This document shows, piece after piece, positions 26,011 to 36,232 of a DNA stretch of 64,000 nucleotides. Position numbers and translations under genes: made by a program. The number at the start of each line of letters is the position of its first letter. Positions within the stretch are counted from its first letter, which is position 1. This DNA is from Candidatus Woesearchaeota archaeon (GTDB taxonomy: Archaea; Nanobdellota; Nanobdellia; SCGC-AAA011-G17; UBA489). The notes below the pieces were generated by a model. The model was not told where the DNA came from, did not search any database, and saw only the letters and a list, made by a program, of their open reading frames with translations. The stretch spans positions 32,228 through 96,227 of the forward strand of contig JAGVZA010000002.1 of the NCBI GenBank assembly GCA_018302985.1, read 5' to 3'.

Positions 26011-27111
26011 TTAGGCTATTAGTTGTTCCACAATGGTTTGCAATCCTGAAACAACTCTTTCTTCTCTGGATCGCATATCAGGTCTAAAAGGTTCTCCAGT
26101 TAAGTGTTGTATGCCTAGAATATATCTAACTGCAATCGCTCGTCGCTGATCATCAGTATATTTTTCTTTTCCTTGGGAGAAACTACGGGCAAATTCTTTG
26201 GAGTAGGATGCTGGATTAAGTTCAGGAATATTGCCTCGTGCCAACTGTTCAAGTTGTCTTGCATAATCATCAACTAACCAAAAACGTGAGGAGTCCAAAG
26301 TGTATAATTCATCTTGAGCAACTATCTCATCATTGCGATTAACACCGTGTTCAGTTTTGGTATCTACAAGAATTAATCCCTTTTCTTGGACGAATCTACT
26401 AACAACACCAAAAGCAACAAGTGCAGCATTTCTTATCTGTTGGTAATCATGAATAGAAAGACCATTTTTAAAAAGGAATTCTGGCGCAACCGACTGATCA
26501 TGTTCATCAGATTTTGTTGATGGCGTATCCATAACATAAGGTAAACGTCCATTAGGTATCCATCGATTATCCACAAAATGACCACAAAAGTTTAAATCTT
26601 TTCGTAACCATGCTTGATAGAGGGTAGTTGAAGTTGTGCTTTTTGCCATATATGCTCGTAAGACCATTTCTATAGGGATAGTTTTCAAATTTTCAGCAGC
26701 AATCACAACACTCGTATCTGCTAAACCAGGTACATCAAATTGCGAAGTTCCCAAGACGTCTTGTGTTAAACGCCGCATGACGTGGTGATTTTGAGCCAAA
26801 ATCTGATCTTTGAAAGGAATCTCTCCACGGTTAATATCATGAGTTGAAATTCTATCCGTTCTAACCATAATACGCAAAGGAGTTCCATCTTTAGTTACTA
26901 AAGGAGGATTTTCATAAGTTGAATGTCCAAAAGAGTATCCACCGCCAAAGATACAATCAGATACTTTTCCAGGTCGCACTTTGAATCCTCTGAGTTGTGG
27001 AAAAATACCAGAATGAATAACATCCTGAGTAGTGAATGGTCTCTGTTCTTTTGCCATGTATTGCTCTACTAAACCTTCTGCTTCACCTTCTGTTAAAAAA
27101 TCATTAGTCAT
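26011..27111 (-). CDS. purC: phosphoribosylaminoimidazole-succinocarboxamide (SAICAR) synthase
   Basis: GKVSDCIF...MVRTDRISTHDINRGEIPFKDQIL are SAICAR-synthetase motifs. Long form, 366 aa. Confidence 0.8.
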   Translation of the reverse strand: MTNDFLTEGEAEGLVEQYMAKEQRPFTTQDVIHSGIFPQLRGFKVRPGKVSDCIFGGGYSFGHSTYENPPLVTKDGTPLRIMVRTDRISTHDINRGEIPFKDQILAQNHHVMRRLTQDVLGTSQFDVPGLADTSVVIAAENLKTIPIEMVLRAYMAKSTTSTTLYQAWLRKDLNFCGHFVDNRWIPNGRLPYVMDTPSTKSDEHDQSVAPEFLFKNGLSIHDYQQIRNAALVAFGVVSRFVQEKGLILVDTKTEHGVNRNDEIVAQDELYTLDSSRFWLVDDYARQLEQLARGNIPELNPASYSKEFARSFSQGKEKYTDDQRRAIAVRYILGIQHLTGEPFRPDMRSREERVVSGLQTIVEQLIA

Positions 27112-27123
27112 TGTTGTGTCCTC

Positions 27124-28563
27124 CTATAAAATTTTTCCTGGTTCATAACGAGCTTCTGCAGCATAAGGTTCAAAAAAATGTTTATGTGCTTTAGTTCTCA
27201 CTCGATCAATTTGATCTCGAGCGTTGCCAATGAAATGTGTAGTGTCTTGAAGAAGTTGTTCTATGCTTGCTTGTGTGATATTATTTGCTTGGAATAAAGG
27301 ATCTGTTGCTAAGCGAGCTGCTAGTGCTGGTTCTTTTCCTTCTTCTCGCATTGCTAAAGCTTCAGCAACTGCATGTTGTTTGATAACGGCATGTGCTTGT
27401 TCTCTTCCAATGCCTGCTTTAACTGCCATCGTAAGGATTTCAGTCGTTGCAAGGAAAGATAAATAGTGCTCAATTTCTTTTTGAATAACTCTTGGATAAG
27501 CTCCCATTTTATTTAAGACAGTAAGTGTAGTTTCACAAAGTCCATCAGAAGTATAAAATGCATCAGGAAGAACAACTCTGCGAAGAGCAGAACAAGAGAC
27601 ATCTCCTTCTTCCCATTGAGCTCCAGAAAGGCGTGAAGCGCCATCTCCGTACATTTTTAATAATTCACCTAAAGACCAAATACGTTCAGAACCAGGAGTA
27701 TTCATCTTATGAGGCATAGCAGTAGAGCCTACTTGTCCCTCTTGAAATCCTTCTGTGACTAATTCATAACCAGCCATCAAACGCATGCCTATTGCAAAAT
27801 TTTGAGGTGCAGATCCTAAAGCAGCAAGATGACTAACTAATGCATAATCTAGAGATCTCGGATACACTTGTCCAGGTGCATCTAAGACTGTAGTAAATCC
27901 CAGTTGTTCAGCAACTCTTTGTTCTAACTTTTGTACTTTCTCCTTGCTACCAAGCAAAGTCAGCATATCAAACTGTGTACCTACTGGTCCCTTAATGCCT
28001 CTTAAGGGATAACCTTGGAGAAAATGTTCAAAGGAATGCATATGAGTATACAGTTCTTCAGCCCACATAGACATTCTTCTTCCTAAAGAGGTTAATTGTG
28101 CTGCTTGATGATGGGTGCGTGCTGTTAAAAAAATAGGAGCATATTGCTCTGATTTATCAACTAGATGGCGTAAAACTGAAACATATTTTCCTAAAATAAA
28201 TTTGCCAGCTCTTTTATTTTGCATTTGTTCAACATTGTCTGTTGCATCTCTACTAGTCATGCCTAGATGAATTTGTTCTGGAGCTTGTGCTGCTTCAACA
28301 AAAGCTTGGATGCGTGCTTTCACATCATGCCTGGTTTTTTTCTCTATCTCCAAGATCCGTGCTAAGTCAATACTATGTTTCGCAGCTTCAAATTTGGCTA
28401 TGGTTTCAGCAGAAATATCTACGCCTAACTCTCGTTGCGCTTTCATGACTGCAATCCAGAGATCGCGTTCAGCAATGATTGTTCCTTGTTCAGAAAAAAT
28501 TACATTTATAGGTTCAGTTGCATATCTTCTGGAAAGCACATTGGTGTTGACTATTTTACTCAT
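27124..28563 (-). CDS. purB: adenylosuccinate lyase
   Basis: GMTSRDATDN, the fumarate-lyase signature region, and a PurB C-terminal domain. 479 aa. Confidence 0.85.
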   Translation of the reverse strand: MSKIVNTNVLSRRYATEPINVIFSEQGTIIAERDLWIAVMKAQRELGVDISAETIAKFEAAKHSIDLARILEIEKKTRHDVKARIQAFVEAAQAPEQIHLGMTSRDATDNVEQMQNKRAGKFILGKYVSVLRHLVDKSEQYAPIFLTARTHHQAAQLTSLGRRMSMWAEELYTHMHSFEHFLQGYPLRGIKGPVGTQFDMLTLLGSKEKVQKLEQRVAEQLGFTTVLDAPGQVYPRSLDYALVSHLAALGSAPQNFAIGMRLMAGYELVTEGFQEGQVGSTAMPHKMNTPGSERIWSLGELLKMYGDGASRLSGAQWEEGDVSCSALRRVVLPDAFYTSDGLCETTLTVLNKMGAYPRVIQKEIEHYLSFLATTEILTMAVKAGIGREQAHAVIKQHAVAEALAMREEGKEPALAARLATDPLFQANNITQASIEQLLQDTTHFIGNARDQIDRVRTKAHKHFFEPYAAEARYEPGKIL

Positions 28564-28575
28564 AACATCTTCCTC

Positions 28576-29763
28576 TCAAAAGTGACCAAAACATCTCTCC
28601 AAAGTAAATGCCATTGCCATCTTATATTTATTTGCTGCTGCAATAATTTCAGAATCTCTTTTTGAGCCGCCAGGTTGAATAATAGCAGAGATACCACAAC
28701 GTCCAAGTAATTCAATAGAGTCTGGTTTAGGGAAAAAAGCATCAGAAGAAAGTACTGCTCCCTCAAGAGGATTATGCTTTAGACGATGTCTTTCTCTAGC
28801 CCCATTTAAAGGATTATACTTAATGCCTGCCTGATCCATAGCTTTTTGATATCCTTGAACTAATCCTTGTTCGACTGCACCGACACGTTCTGTTCTACCA
28901 GAGCTTACAGCTAAAGTAACACCATTTTTTACTATCACAATACCATTGCTTCGTACAGCTCCTACATTGACATACCATGCAGTGATCATGTCATCCAGTT
29001 CTCTAGGAGTAGGATTTCTTTTAACAACAAATGATTTTCCATCAGGTGTTCTGACTAAAGGATCTACAATGAGATCTCGAGGACTACGAATACTACTTAG
29101 ATAAGGTGCCTGTGCTAATACACTTTCTGTTGGTAATCCTTTAAGTTCGGGTATTTGCATTCTATTAACTCTACCCTGAATTAAACTACTTGTGAACTTA
29201 GGTATTCTATCAAGATGGTCATAGAGAATCAATCGTAAGTCTTGTTTTTCTCCTAAAATTTTTAGAGCATCAGCAGTAAATGATGGAGCAGCGACGCCTT
29301 CAACATAAGTAGTCATGAGTTCTGTTGCAGCCGCAGCATCTACTCTTCTATTAAAAACTACAACTGATCCAAAAGCACTTCGTGCATCAGCATCTCTTGC
29401 TTTTTTATAGAGTTCATCTAAACTTTCTCCATCTACTTGTTTTGCAAATCCAGAAGGAATTAAATGTTTCATGACTGCAACTGCTGGTTGAGTGAAAAAC
29501 TTGAGAACTTGTAAAGCTCGAGTTATATCCATGTAATTAGTTGCAGATAATCCAGCCTTGCCTGTTTTTGCAAGACGAATATTAACCAGTGGTGCTAATG
29601 TGCTGTCTTTAAAATGATAAATTGCTCCAGGTTGATTAGGATTTTCACCATAACGCAACGATGCTTGTCGCACTAGCTCAAGTTGTAATGTTTCTGGAAA
29701 CTCTTCTGTTCTTGCAGTTCTATAAGTTCGCTGGAAATCCGTAACATCAGTGCCTCGTGTCAT
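28576..29763 (-). CDS. purH: AICAR transformylase domain protein (C-terminal half of PurH, encoded as a separate ORF)
   Basis: The LRYGENPNQ motif plus the AICARFT fold. It starts 6 nt downstream of the MGS-domain ORF stop, in the same reading frame. Confidence 0.8.
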   Translation of the reverse strand: MTRGTDVTDFQRTYRTARTEEFPETLQLELVRQASLRYGENPNQPGAIYHFKDSTLAPLVNIRLAKTGKAGLSATNYMDITRALQVLKFFTQPAVAVMKHLIPSGFAKQVDGESLDELYKKARDADARSAFGSVVVFNRRVDAAAATELMTTYVEGVAAPSFTADALKILGEKQDLRLILYDHLDRIPKFTSSLIQGRVNRMQIPELKGLPTESVLAQAPYLSSIRSPRDLIVDPLVRTPDGKSFVVKRNPTPRELDDMITAWYVNVGAVRSNGIVIVKNGVTLAVSSGRTERVGAVEQGLVQGYQKAMDQAGIKYNPLNGARERHRLKHNPLEGAVLSSDAFFPKPDSIELLGRCGISAIIQPGGSKRDSEIIAAANKYKMAMAFTLERCFGHF

Positions 29764-29766
29764 TGC

Positions 29767-30453
29767 TTACTCCTCTACCTGCAATCCGGGAAGAACGTCT
29801 CTATGAAAATTAAGTCCACCAAAGTGCTGACCAATCGCAGATCTATAACTGCCAACAGTTCGCATAGCTTCTTGTGCTAACAAAAATCTGAAAGATAAGG
29901 GAAGTCCTCCACGAGTACTTAATTCAGCGCTAACTAAATGATATTGATTTGGATTGCTTATAACAGCGACACTATGCCAGTTTTTCGCTGCGGCCATAAT
30001 CATTGCAGGTCCACCAATGTCGATATTGATGCGAGCTTGTTCAGCAGTGCAATCTGGTTTTGCAACGACGTCAGTGAAAGGATATAGGTTGCCTACCATC
30101 ACATCGAAATAAACACCACCCATAGCAGCTAAATATTGTTCATGTTTAGGATTATTTCTTTCTGCTAAAAGACCAGCGTGTACTTTAGGATGTAGTGTTT
30201 TGACTAATCCACCATCCATCTCTGGTGCTCCAGTAAATGCTTCTACAGAAGTATAATGTTTTTCTGCAAGAGGACCTAAAACATTGACGACTTTCTCACC
30301 GGTACCACCAGTAGAATAGAACTGAGCTGCTGGATTTGCGTTTAATATACCATTTACTAGAATCGCTAAATCTGTTTTGTCAAAAACACTCACTAAAATG
30401 TGTTGTGGTTGAATAACATTCTTCACAGGAAATTTGTTTTCTCGAATAGTCAT
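29767..30453 (-). CDS. purH: MGS-like / IMP cyclohydrolase domain protein (N-terminal half of PurH, encoded as a separate ORF)
   Basis: ILVSVFDKTDLAILVNGILN...FYSTGGTGEKV is an MGS-like fold, as in PurH residues 1-200. It ends with TAA, followed by GCA and then the ATG of the AICARFT ORF, all in frame. Confidence 0.7.
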   Translation of the reverse strand: MTIRENKFPVKNVIQPQHILVSVFDKTDLAILVNGILNANPAAQFYSTGGTGEKVVNVLGPLAEKHYTSVEAFTGAPEMDGGLVKTLHPKVHAGLLAERNNPKHEQYLAAMGGVYFDVMVGNLYPFTDVVAKPDCTAEQARINIDIGGPAMIMAAAKNWHSVAVISNPNQYHLVSAELSTRGGLPLSFRFLLAQEAMRTVGSYRSAIGQHFGGLNFHRDVLPGLQVEE

Positions 30454-30456
30454 TAT

Positions 30457-30975
30457 TTATGCCTCCGGTACCCAACTTAATTTAGCTTTCAGTGATTTAT
30501 CTTTTTCTTGTAGCTCTTCTCCTTTATCATGAATATCTTTAAGGAGTTGGTCTACATAGTTTGAATTAAGATGTGAAAATATTTGTGCAACTGCTCGTGC
30601 TACATTTTTTGGATTTCTAACATACATATTAGAACTTAATGGGGGGTTGCCTAAACAACCATCATTCGGTACATCTGGTGGACAGCTAATAACAGGTCTA
30701 AGACTATGTCGAGCAACAAAGCCTGATAAAAAATCTACACCTCCTGCAACAGTGATATATGCAAGAGCACCGCTCATATTATCATAGTGTCTTACAAGTC
30801 TCATAACTGCTTCAGAGTCATTGTGAGCAGATTGAATACGTACTTCTTGAGGAATTTTATATTTTGCCATGGCAGCACAAATTTCGCTTACATGTTGTTC
30901 ATCGCTCCCAGATCCAGCAAGAATAACAGCGCACCCAATATTTTGTTCTACGAGTTCTCGAAATCGATCAGACAT
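30457..30975 (-). CDS. purE: N5-CAIR mutase / AIR carboxylase catalytic subunit
   Basis: AVILAGSGSDEQHV...RIQSAHNDSEAVMRLV is the PurE signature. Confidence 0.8.
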   Translation of the reverse strand: MSDRFRELVEQNIGCAVILAGSGSDEQHVSEICAAMAKYKIPQEVRIQSAHNDSEAVMRLVRHYDNMSGALAYITVAGGVDFLSGFVARHSLRPVISCPPDVPNDGCLGNPPLSSNMYVRNPKNVARAVAQIFSHLNSNYVDQLLKDIHDKGEELQEKDKSLKAKLSWVPEA

Positions 30976-31094
30976 AACTATACCCCCTTGTAATTATCAT
31001 GTATAAATCTAATTGCAACGAGAAGAAGATGCATATAAATCTTGCTGTAAAAAAATGTCCTAGCTGAGTAACAAAAAAGAACAAGAACATTTAT

Positions 31095-32618
31095 ATGGTA
31101 GAACTGAAAAGAAAAATCATGGTGAGCAAAAGAAAATCATTGCCTAAAGATCGTTTCTTTGAGAACATAGAGGATGAACTTGCATTAACCTTTGATGACG
31201 TTCGTTTAAGAACGGGTTTTTCAGAAGTTATGCCTGATGCTGTTGATATAACTACTTTCTTCTCAAGAAATGTTCCATTGCAAATACCTTTTGTAAGTGC
31301 TGCTATGGATACAGTAACAGAACACCAAATGGCTATCGCTATGGCGAAAGCAGGCGGTCTTGGGATTATTCATAGAAATCTAACGCCTGAGATGCAAGCA
31401 AAAGAAGTTGCTCGAGTAAAATATCATTTAAATGGAAAGATCACAGAGCCTATATGCGTTAATGAAACTATAACTATAAGCGAACTTTTACAATTAAAAG
31501 AACAAAAAGGATATACATTCCATACTTTTCCCGTACTCAACCAAAAGAGACAATTAGTAGGTGTTCTAACAGAAACTGATTTTGATTGTTGTATAGATCC
31601 ATCGCGTTTGGCTAGAGAAGTTATGAGCACTAATTTAGTTACTAGTCATCCAAGAACAACAGTGCAAGCAGCTTATGATAGAATGATACAAGAAAGAAAA
31701 AAAGTATTGCCTTTAGTAAATAAACAAGGACATCTTACAGGTCTCTATATTTTTAGTGATGTCAGGAGAATTGTTACAGAAAGTAGTGCACATTATAATG
31801 TTGATGACAATGGACAGCTCAGAGTAGGTGCAGCTATTGGTGTAAATGATTTTGAGAGAGTAGAAAAATTATTAGACAAAAGAGTAGATGTAGTGGTAAT
31901 TGACACTGCACATGCAGATACAAAACCAGTCATAGATACACTCAAACAACTTAAAAAAAGATACACTTCACTGGATGTAGTTGTTGGTAATATTTCTGAA
32001 AAAGAATCAGCAAGAAGATTACTAGATGCAGGCGCCGATGGCATTAAAATTGGTCAAGGTCCAGGTTCTATTTGTACAACAAGAATTGTGGCGGGAGTTG
32101 GAACTCCTCAAGTGACTGCAGTCTATTGGTGTGCAAGAGTTGCTGATGAATATAAAGTTCCTGTATGTGCTGATGGTGGTCTAAGAAATTCTGGAGATAT
32201 TCCTATAGCTATTGGAGCTGGTGCTCATTCACTGATGATGGGAAATATGTTCGCAGGAACAAATGAAGCCCCGGGAGAGATTGTCTTTCTCGAAGGAAAA
32301 CAATGGAAAGGTTATAGAGGTATGGGTTCTGAAGGAGCTATGCAACAACACGCAGCATCAAGAGAGAGATATAGAACAGGAAAATCATTATTAGTACCTG
32401 AAGGTGTAGAAGGATTAACTCCTTATAAAGGCCCATTAGCAACAGTGATTAGTACGAATATCGGTGGATTGCGAATAGGTATGGGGTATGTAGGAGCTGC
32501 AACTATAGAAGAATTGCGTGCTAAAGGAAATTTTCAGCGCATAACAAACGCAGGAATAAATGAATCACACCCACATGATGTCAGAATAGTAAAAGATGCA
32601 CCGAATTATAAAAGATAG
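31095..32618 (+). CDS. guaB: IMP dehydrogenase with CBS pair
   Basis: LTFDDVRL, GLGIIHRN, two CBS segments, catalytic GQGPGSICTTR loop, GGLRNSGDI. Confidence 0.85.
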   Translation: MVELKRKIMVSKRKSLPKDRFFENIEDELALTFDDVRLRTGFSEVMPDAVDITTFFSRNVPLQIPFVSAAMDTVTEHQMAIAMAKAGGLGIIHRNLTPEMQAKEVARVKYHLNGKITEPICVNETITISELLQLKEQKGYTFHTFPVLNQKRQLVGVLTETDFDCCIDPSRLAREVMSTNLVTSHPRTTVQAAYDRMIQERKKVLPLVNKQGHLTGLYIFSDVRRIVTESSAHYNVDDNGQLRVGAAIGVNDFERVEKLLDKRVDVVVIDTAHADTKPVIDTLKQLKKRYTSLDVVVGNISEKESARRLLDAGADGIKIGQGPGSICTTRIVAGVGTPQVTAVYWCARVADEYKVPVCADGGLRNSGDIPIAIGAGAHSLMMGNMFAGTNEAPGEIVFLEGKQWKGYRGMGSEGAMQQHAASRERYRTGKSLLVPEGVEGLTPYKGPLATVISTNIGGLRIGMGYVGAATIEELRAKGNFQRITNAGINESHPHDVRIVKDAPNYKR

Positions 32619-32630
32619 GAACAATACAAC

Positions 32631-34148
32631 ATGACTTTAGAAACTCTAGTCGAAGGCAAAAAAACTATTGCACTTCCCTGTGCTCAATGGGGAGATACTG
32701 GTAAAGGAAAGTTTGTAGATTTTTTTGCAGAAGAATGGGCTGATATAGTTATTCGTGGTACTGGCGGTGCTAATGCAGGGCATACAATTAGATATAAAGT
32801 TAGATTTGAAGTTGAAGAGAGAGAAATAATATTACACTTAATTCCTTCTGGTATTCTTCACGACAAAAAAGTCACTAATATTATAGGTCCTGGAGTTGTT
32901 CTCGATCCATGGGAGACTCTACATGAAATACAGCGATTACATGAGGCTGGTTATACTACAAATAATTTGATGATTTCTCATAACGCTAAACTAGTATTGC
33001 CTCAACATATTTTATTGGACAGATTGGAAGAAGCTGTTGCAGGCAAAGAAAAATTAGGAACCACAGGAAGAGGTATTGGCAAGGCATATGAAGATGTTCC
33101 TGCTAGAATTGCTTTGACAGTTAATGATTTGCTCAATCCAGATATCTTACACAAAAAATTAAAAAGGAATTTAGAAAGAAGAGCAAGAGTTTTACAAACC
33201 TATGATCCAGCATTAGTAAAAGCAATACTTAGTGATCCCAAAGTATCTAGTTTTAGAAATGGATCTTTTTTTAATGCCGAAGCAGGATTAAGTCTAGATG
33301 CTTTGATGGCATTTTATACTCAATACGGTGCTCAGCTAAAAGAACACGTGCGAGATACACAAAAATATGTACGTGAACATGTAGGAAGAAAAAAGATATT
33401 ATTAGAGGGAGCACAAGGAACATTGCTAAGTGTAGATTATGGTACCATTCCTTTTGTTACCTCTTCAGATTGTTCTATTGAAGGATTAGCAAAAGGGGCA
33501 GGTGTTAACAGGAGAGAGGTGGATTTAGTCTTAAGTATAGTGAAAGCACCTTATATGACTCGTGTTGGTGAAGGTCCATTCCCTACAGAATTAGGAGGAG
33601 TAGACTCCGCAAAACATTGTAATGCCTCAACAAGAGAACAAGAACAAAGAGAATATCCAGGAGTATCAGTAAATGATACAGATCCCCTGAGACAAGGTAT
33701 TGCTATTAGAAGAGAAGGCAAGGAATTTGGCGCAACTACTGGTCGTCCAAGAAGAGTAGGTTGGTTAGATCTACCTTTATTACGTTTTGCAGCACAAATA
33801 AATGGTCCAGACATTATAGTAACTAAACCTGATGTATTGAGAGGATGTAATACTATTAATATTTGTCATGCTTATAGATATGAAGGTCCAAATATGTATG
33901 TGGGTGAAACTGAACTTAAGAAAGGTCAAGTGTTGTTTACGGCTATTCCAGCAGCAGAAGTTTTACAGCATTGCACTCCTCTATATGAACAATTGCCTGG
34001 TTGGCATGAAGACCTTAGAGAAGCAAGAGCATATGATGAACTTCCAGGAAATTTTAGAGCTATAATGAAGCACATAGAGAATCGCGCAGACGTAAATATT
34101 AGAATAATTTCCTTTGGTCCAGAAAGAACTCAAACTATTATAAGATAA
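32631..34148 (+). CDS. purA: adenylosuccinate synthetase (long form, 505 aa)
   Basis: QWGDTGKGKFVDFF, GGANAGHT and GTTGRGIG motifs. About 70-80 aa longer than typical bacterial PurA. Confidence 0.85.
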   Translation: MTLETLVEGKKTIALPCAQWGDTGKGKFVDFFAEEWADIVIRGTGGANAGHTIRYKVRFEVEEREIILHLIPSGILHDKKVTNIIGPGVVLDPWETLHEIQRLHEAGYTTNNLMISHNAKLVLPQHILLDRLEEAVAGKEKLGTTGRGIGKAYEDVPARIALTVNDLLNPDILHKKLKRNLERRARVLQTYDPALVKAILSDPKVSSFRNGSFFNAEAGLSLDALMAFYTQYGAQLKEHVRDTQKYVREHVGRKKILLEGAQGTLLSVDYGTIPFVTSSDCSIEGLAKGAGVNRREVDLVLSIVKAPYMTRVGEGPFPTELGGVDSAKHCNASTREQEQREYPGVSVNDTDPLRQGIAIRREGKEFGATTGRPRRVGWLDLPLLRFAAQINGPDIIVTKPDVLRGCNTINICHAYRYEGPNMYVGETELKKGQVLFTAIPAAEVLQHCTPLYEQLPGWHEDLREARAYDELPGNFRAIMKHIENRADVNIRIISFGPERTQTIIR

Positions 34149-34197
34149 AACATTAATGCTTAAGAAAAATAAAAAAGAAAAAAATAAAAAAGATTTT

Positions 34198-35400
34198 TTA
34201 GTCCCGTGGTGCGCCAGCGGCTGTTGCAGTTCCAACATTGTCATACACGCTTATTTTTGCATTGTCATCTGTTGGATGATAGCCATTTCTGTAAGGATTA
34301 CTCTCATAATTCACACCTACTCGTCCATCATTATCAAAGTCTAGACTGATGATTTGTCCTGTTTGAGGTTCAATCCAGAACATGCTACCATCAGGCAAAT
34401 GGACATCAGTAACAGCATGTGCATAATCTGTCACGTTAGTATTGCCTCTATACTTGATAAAATAAGTGTAGGTTGCATTAAATCCAGCGCCTGTCAAATT
34501 CTGTTCTAAGGTGTCCGCGAAGTCATCGCAATCAAAAGTTGTTGCATTATAAGTTAAGTTGCTAATTCTGCTGGCGACAACTGCTTGCATAATAGTATTG
34601 ACTGCAGGGCTAGAAAGATTTGCTAAAGTCAAATTGACACGAGCTGTAGGTGCAGGATCTAAAGTTGTTTCAGTTGGAACACAATTTTGTACTGCTCCTC
34701 CTGTAGTCAAACGACAATAATTAAGAGATACTCCTTCAGCAATACATTCGCTTCCTGGTCCACCTAAAACTCCCAAAGTACAACAACCAGTGCCAACAAT
34801 TCCTTGACCAACAGTATAACTGACTGGGTTAGAAATAATAAATGGCTTCGGTGTCATCAAAGGATCATGCACAGCAACTGCGCTGGTAAAAGGTAATCCT
34901 AGTAATCCAGGGTCATTCGGAATAGCTATAGGAATAAATCCATGACCAGAATTATCCAAGAGTCCAAAGAAGAGCACAGGATAAGGTGGATTTACAGGAA
35001 TATGTCCTGCTCCAGGAATGTCTAAGCCAGGATAATCTCCAGTAAAAGAGATTGCTAGAATATAAGGCAAGTTAGCCATAGTGAGTGGTGCTTGTACTTC
35101 CAGAAGGATGGTTCCTCCAATGTTGAAGTTGCCGCTCACACGATGTACAACTTGTGAAAGACTTCCAGCAGCCATCGTTTGTGGATTGTTATTGTTGCCG
35201 CTCGAAGAAGCTGGTTGCGCTTGCAATTGTTGTAGTGCTGTAATCAATTGTGGTGTATTAACATTCGTTATCATCTGAATATTCTGTCCTGTCGGTTGTG
35301 TAAACAACGTTTGTGCAGGAGTAGGTTTGGCATAAATTAAACCAACAAAGCCTAAAAAAAGAACTAAAGAAAGAATACTTATTTTCCAATATGCTTTCAT
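34198..35400 (-). CDS. secreted hypothetical protein (Sec signal peptide; Gly/Pro/Thr/Asn-rich)
   Basis: MKAYWKISILSLVLFLGFVGLIYAKPTPA signal peptide; no recognisable domain. Lies next to the ECF sigma gene. Confidence 0.45.
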   Translation of the reverse strand: MKAYWKISILSLVLFLGFVGLIYAKPTPAQTLFTQPTGQNIQMITNVNTPQLITALQQLQAQPASSSGNNNNPQTMAAGSLSQVVHRVSGNFNIGGTILLEVQAPLTMANLPYILAISFTGDYPGLDIPGAGHIPVNPPYPVLFFGLLDNSGHGFIPIAIPNDPGLLGLPFTSAVAVHDPLMTPKPFIISNPVSYTVGQGIVGTGCCTLGVLGGPGSECIAEGVSLNYCRLTTGGAVQNCVPTETTLDPAPTARVNLTLANLSSPAVNTIMQAVVASRISNLTYNATTFDCDDFADTLEQNLTGAGFNATYTYFIKYRGNTNVTDYAHAVTDVHLPDGSMFWIEPQTGQIISLDFDNDGRVGVNYESNPYRNGYHPTDDNAKISVYDNVGTATAAGAPRD

Positions 35401-35490
35401 AAATCAACCCCCCATAGGTAATTAAGTTTTGAGGTAAGCTCTTGTATTTAAAGGTTGGTTACTACAAGTGAATGAAAAATATTAGTTTTT

Positions 35491-36042
35491 CTAAGGATGA
35501 AAATGAGTTCCAAAGTGTTCTCGTAAAAAAGCTCGTGCTCTATGCAATCTTGTAGATGTTGTCTTTAGATTTACTCCCTGTTGCTGAGCAATAGCGACAT
35601 AGCTTAGGTTTTCAAATGCATAAAGTCTAAAAACACTCCTGAATTTTTCAGGTAGCAAAGCAACAGCTCGTTGAATTTTTGCCACGGTTTCTTCTGTAGC
35701 TAATTCAGTAAGAGGAGTTGCCTTGGCAGGACAATCTTGTTGTTCATCTAAAGGAAATGCTCTTTGAGCTCGACGTTGTGAACTCAAATAATCTCTACAA
35801 ACATTAGGAAAAGAAGCCCATATGTATCCTGGTAAGTTTTCAAAAATCTTTGGTCCATCATCGCTTGCAATTCTATGAAGCACTCTAAGATAAGTTTCTT
35901 GTGCACAATCTTCAGCAGCATCTCGTGAAAGTGAAAATTGTTTATATCCTCGTCTAAGTAATGCAGGTCGTAATCTTTCTACTGTTGTGGTCAATTGATC
36001 TAAACAGTCTTGTGTAAGTGTATCGAGAGTCGTCGTCACCAC
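35491..36042 (-). CDS. ECF-type RNA polymerase sigma-70 factor
   Basis: Region 2 QETYLRVLHRIAS...YIWASFPNVCRDYLSSQRRAQ. Region 4 ALLPEKFRSVFRLYAFENLSYVAIAQQQGVNLKTTSTRLHRARAFLRE. GTG start. Confidence 0.7.
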   Translation of the reverse strand: MVTTTLDTLTQDCLDQLTTTVERLRPALLRRGYKQFSLSRDAAEDCAQETYLRVLHRIASDDGPKIFENLPGYIWASFPNVCRDYLSSQRRAQRAFPLDEQQDCPAKATPLTELATEETVAKIQRAVALLPEKFRSVFRLYAFENLSYVAIAQQQGVNLKTTSTRLHRARAFLREHFGTHFHP

Positions 36043-36232
36043 TAGTAGTATAGATGGTTCAAAGAAGTATATAAGGATTGTTAAGATGTTTTAGATATAT
36101 CCAAAATAAATAGCATCTGTATTCTAGTAAATTTATACTCACTGTTTGATAATAAAAGAAAGTGCAGAAAGGTATTTATAGGCTGTTTTGTAAATTTTTC
36201 AAAGAGATTTATGAGTAAGGGGGTAAATTATT

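Noticed and set aside
29764-29769. Possibility that the in-frame TAA in PurH reflects stop-codon reassignment
   Set aside because: TAA, TAG and TGA all terminate other well-supported genes in the window at conserved C-termini (e.g. 411 TAA, 3085 TGA, 13903 TAG), so a recoded genetic code is unlikely. A split gene, a nonsense mutation or an error remain the explanations.
34149-34197. A/T-rich tract (aaaaaagaaaaaaataaaaaagatttttta) between convergent purA and the secreted-protein gene
   Set aside because: Most simply a bidirectional oligo-T/A terminator region for the two convergent genes, not a distinct element.
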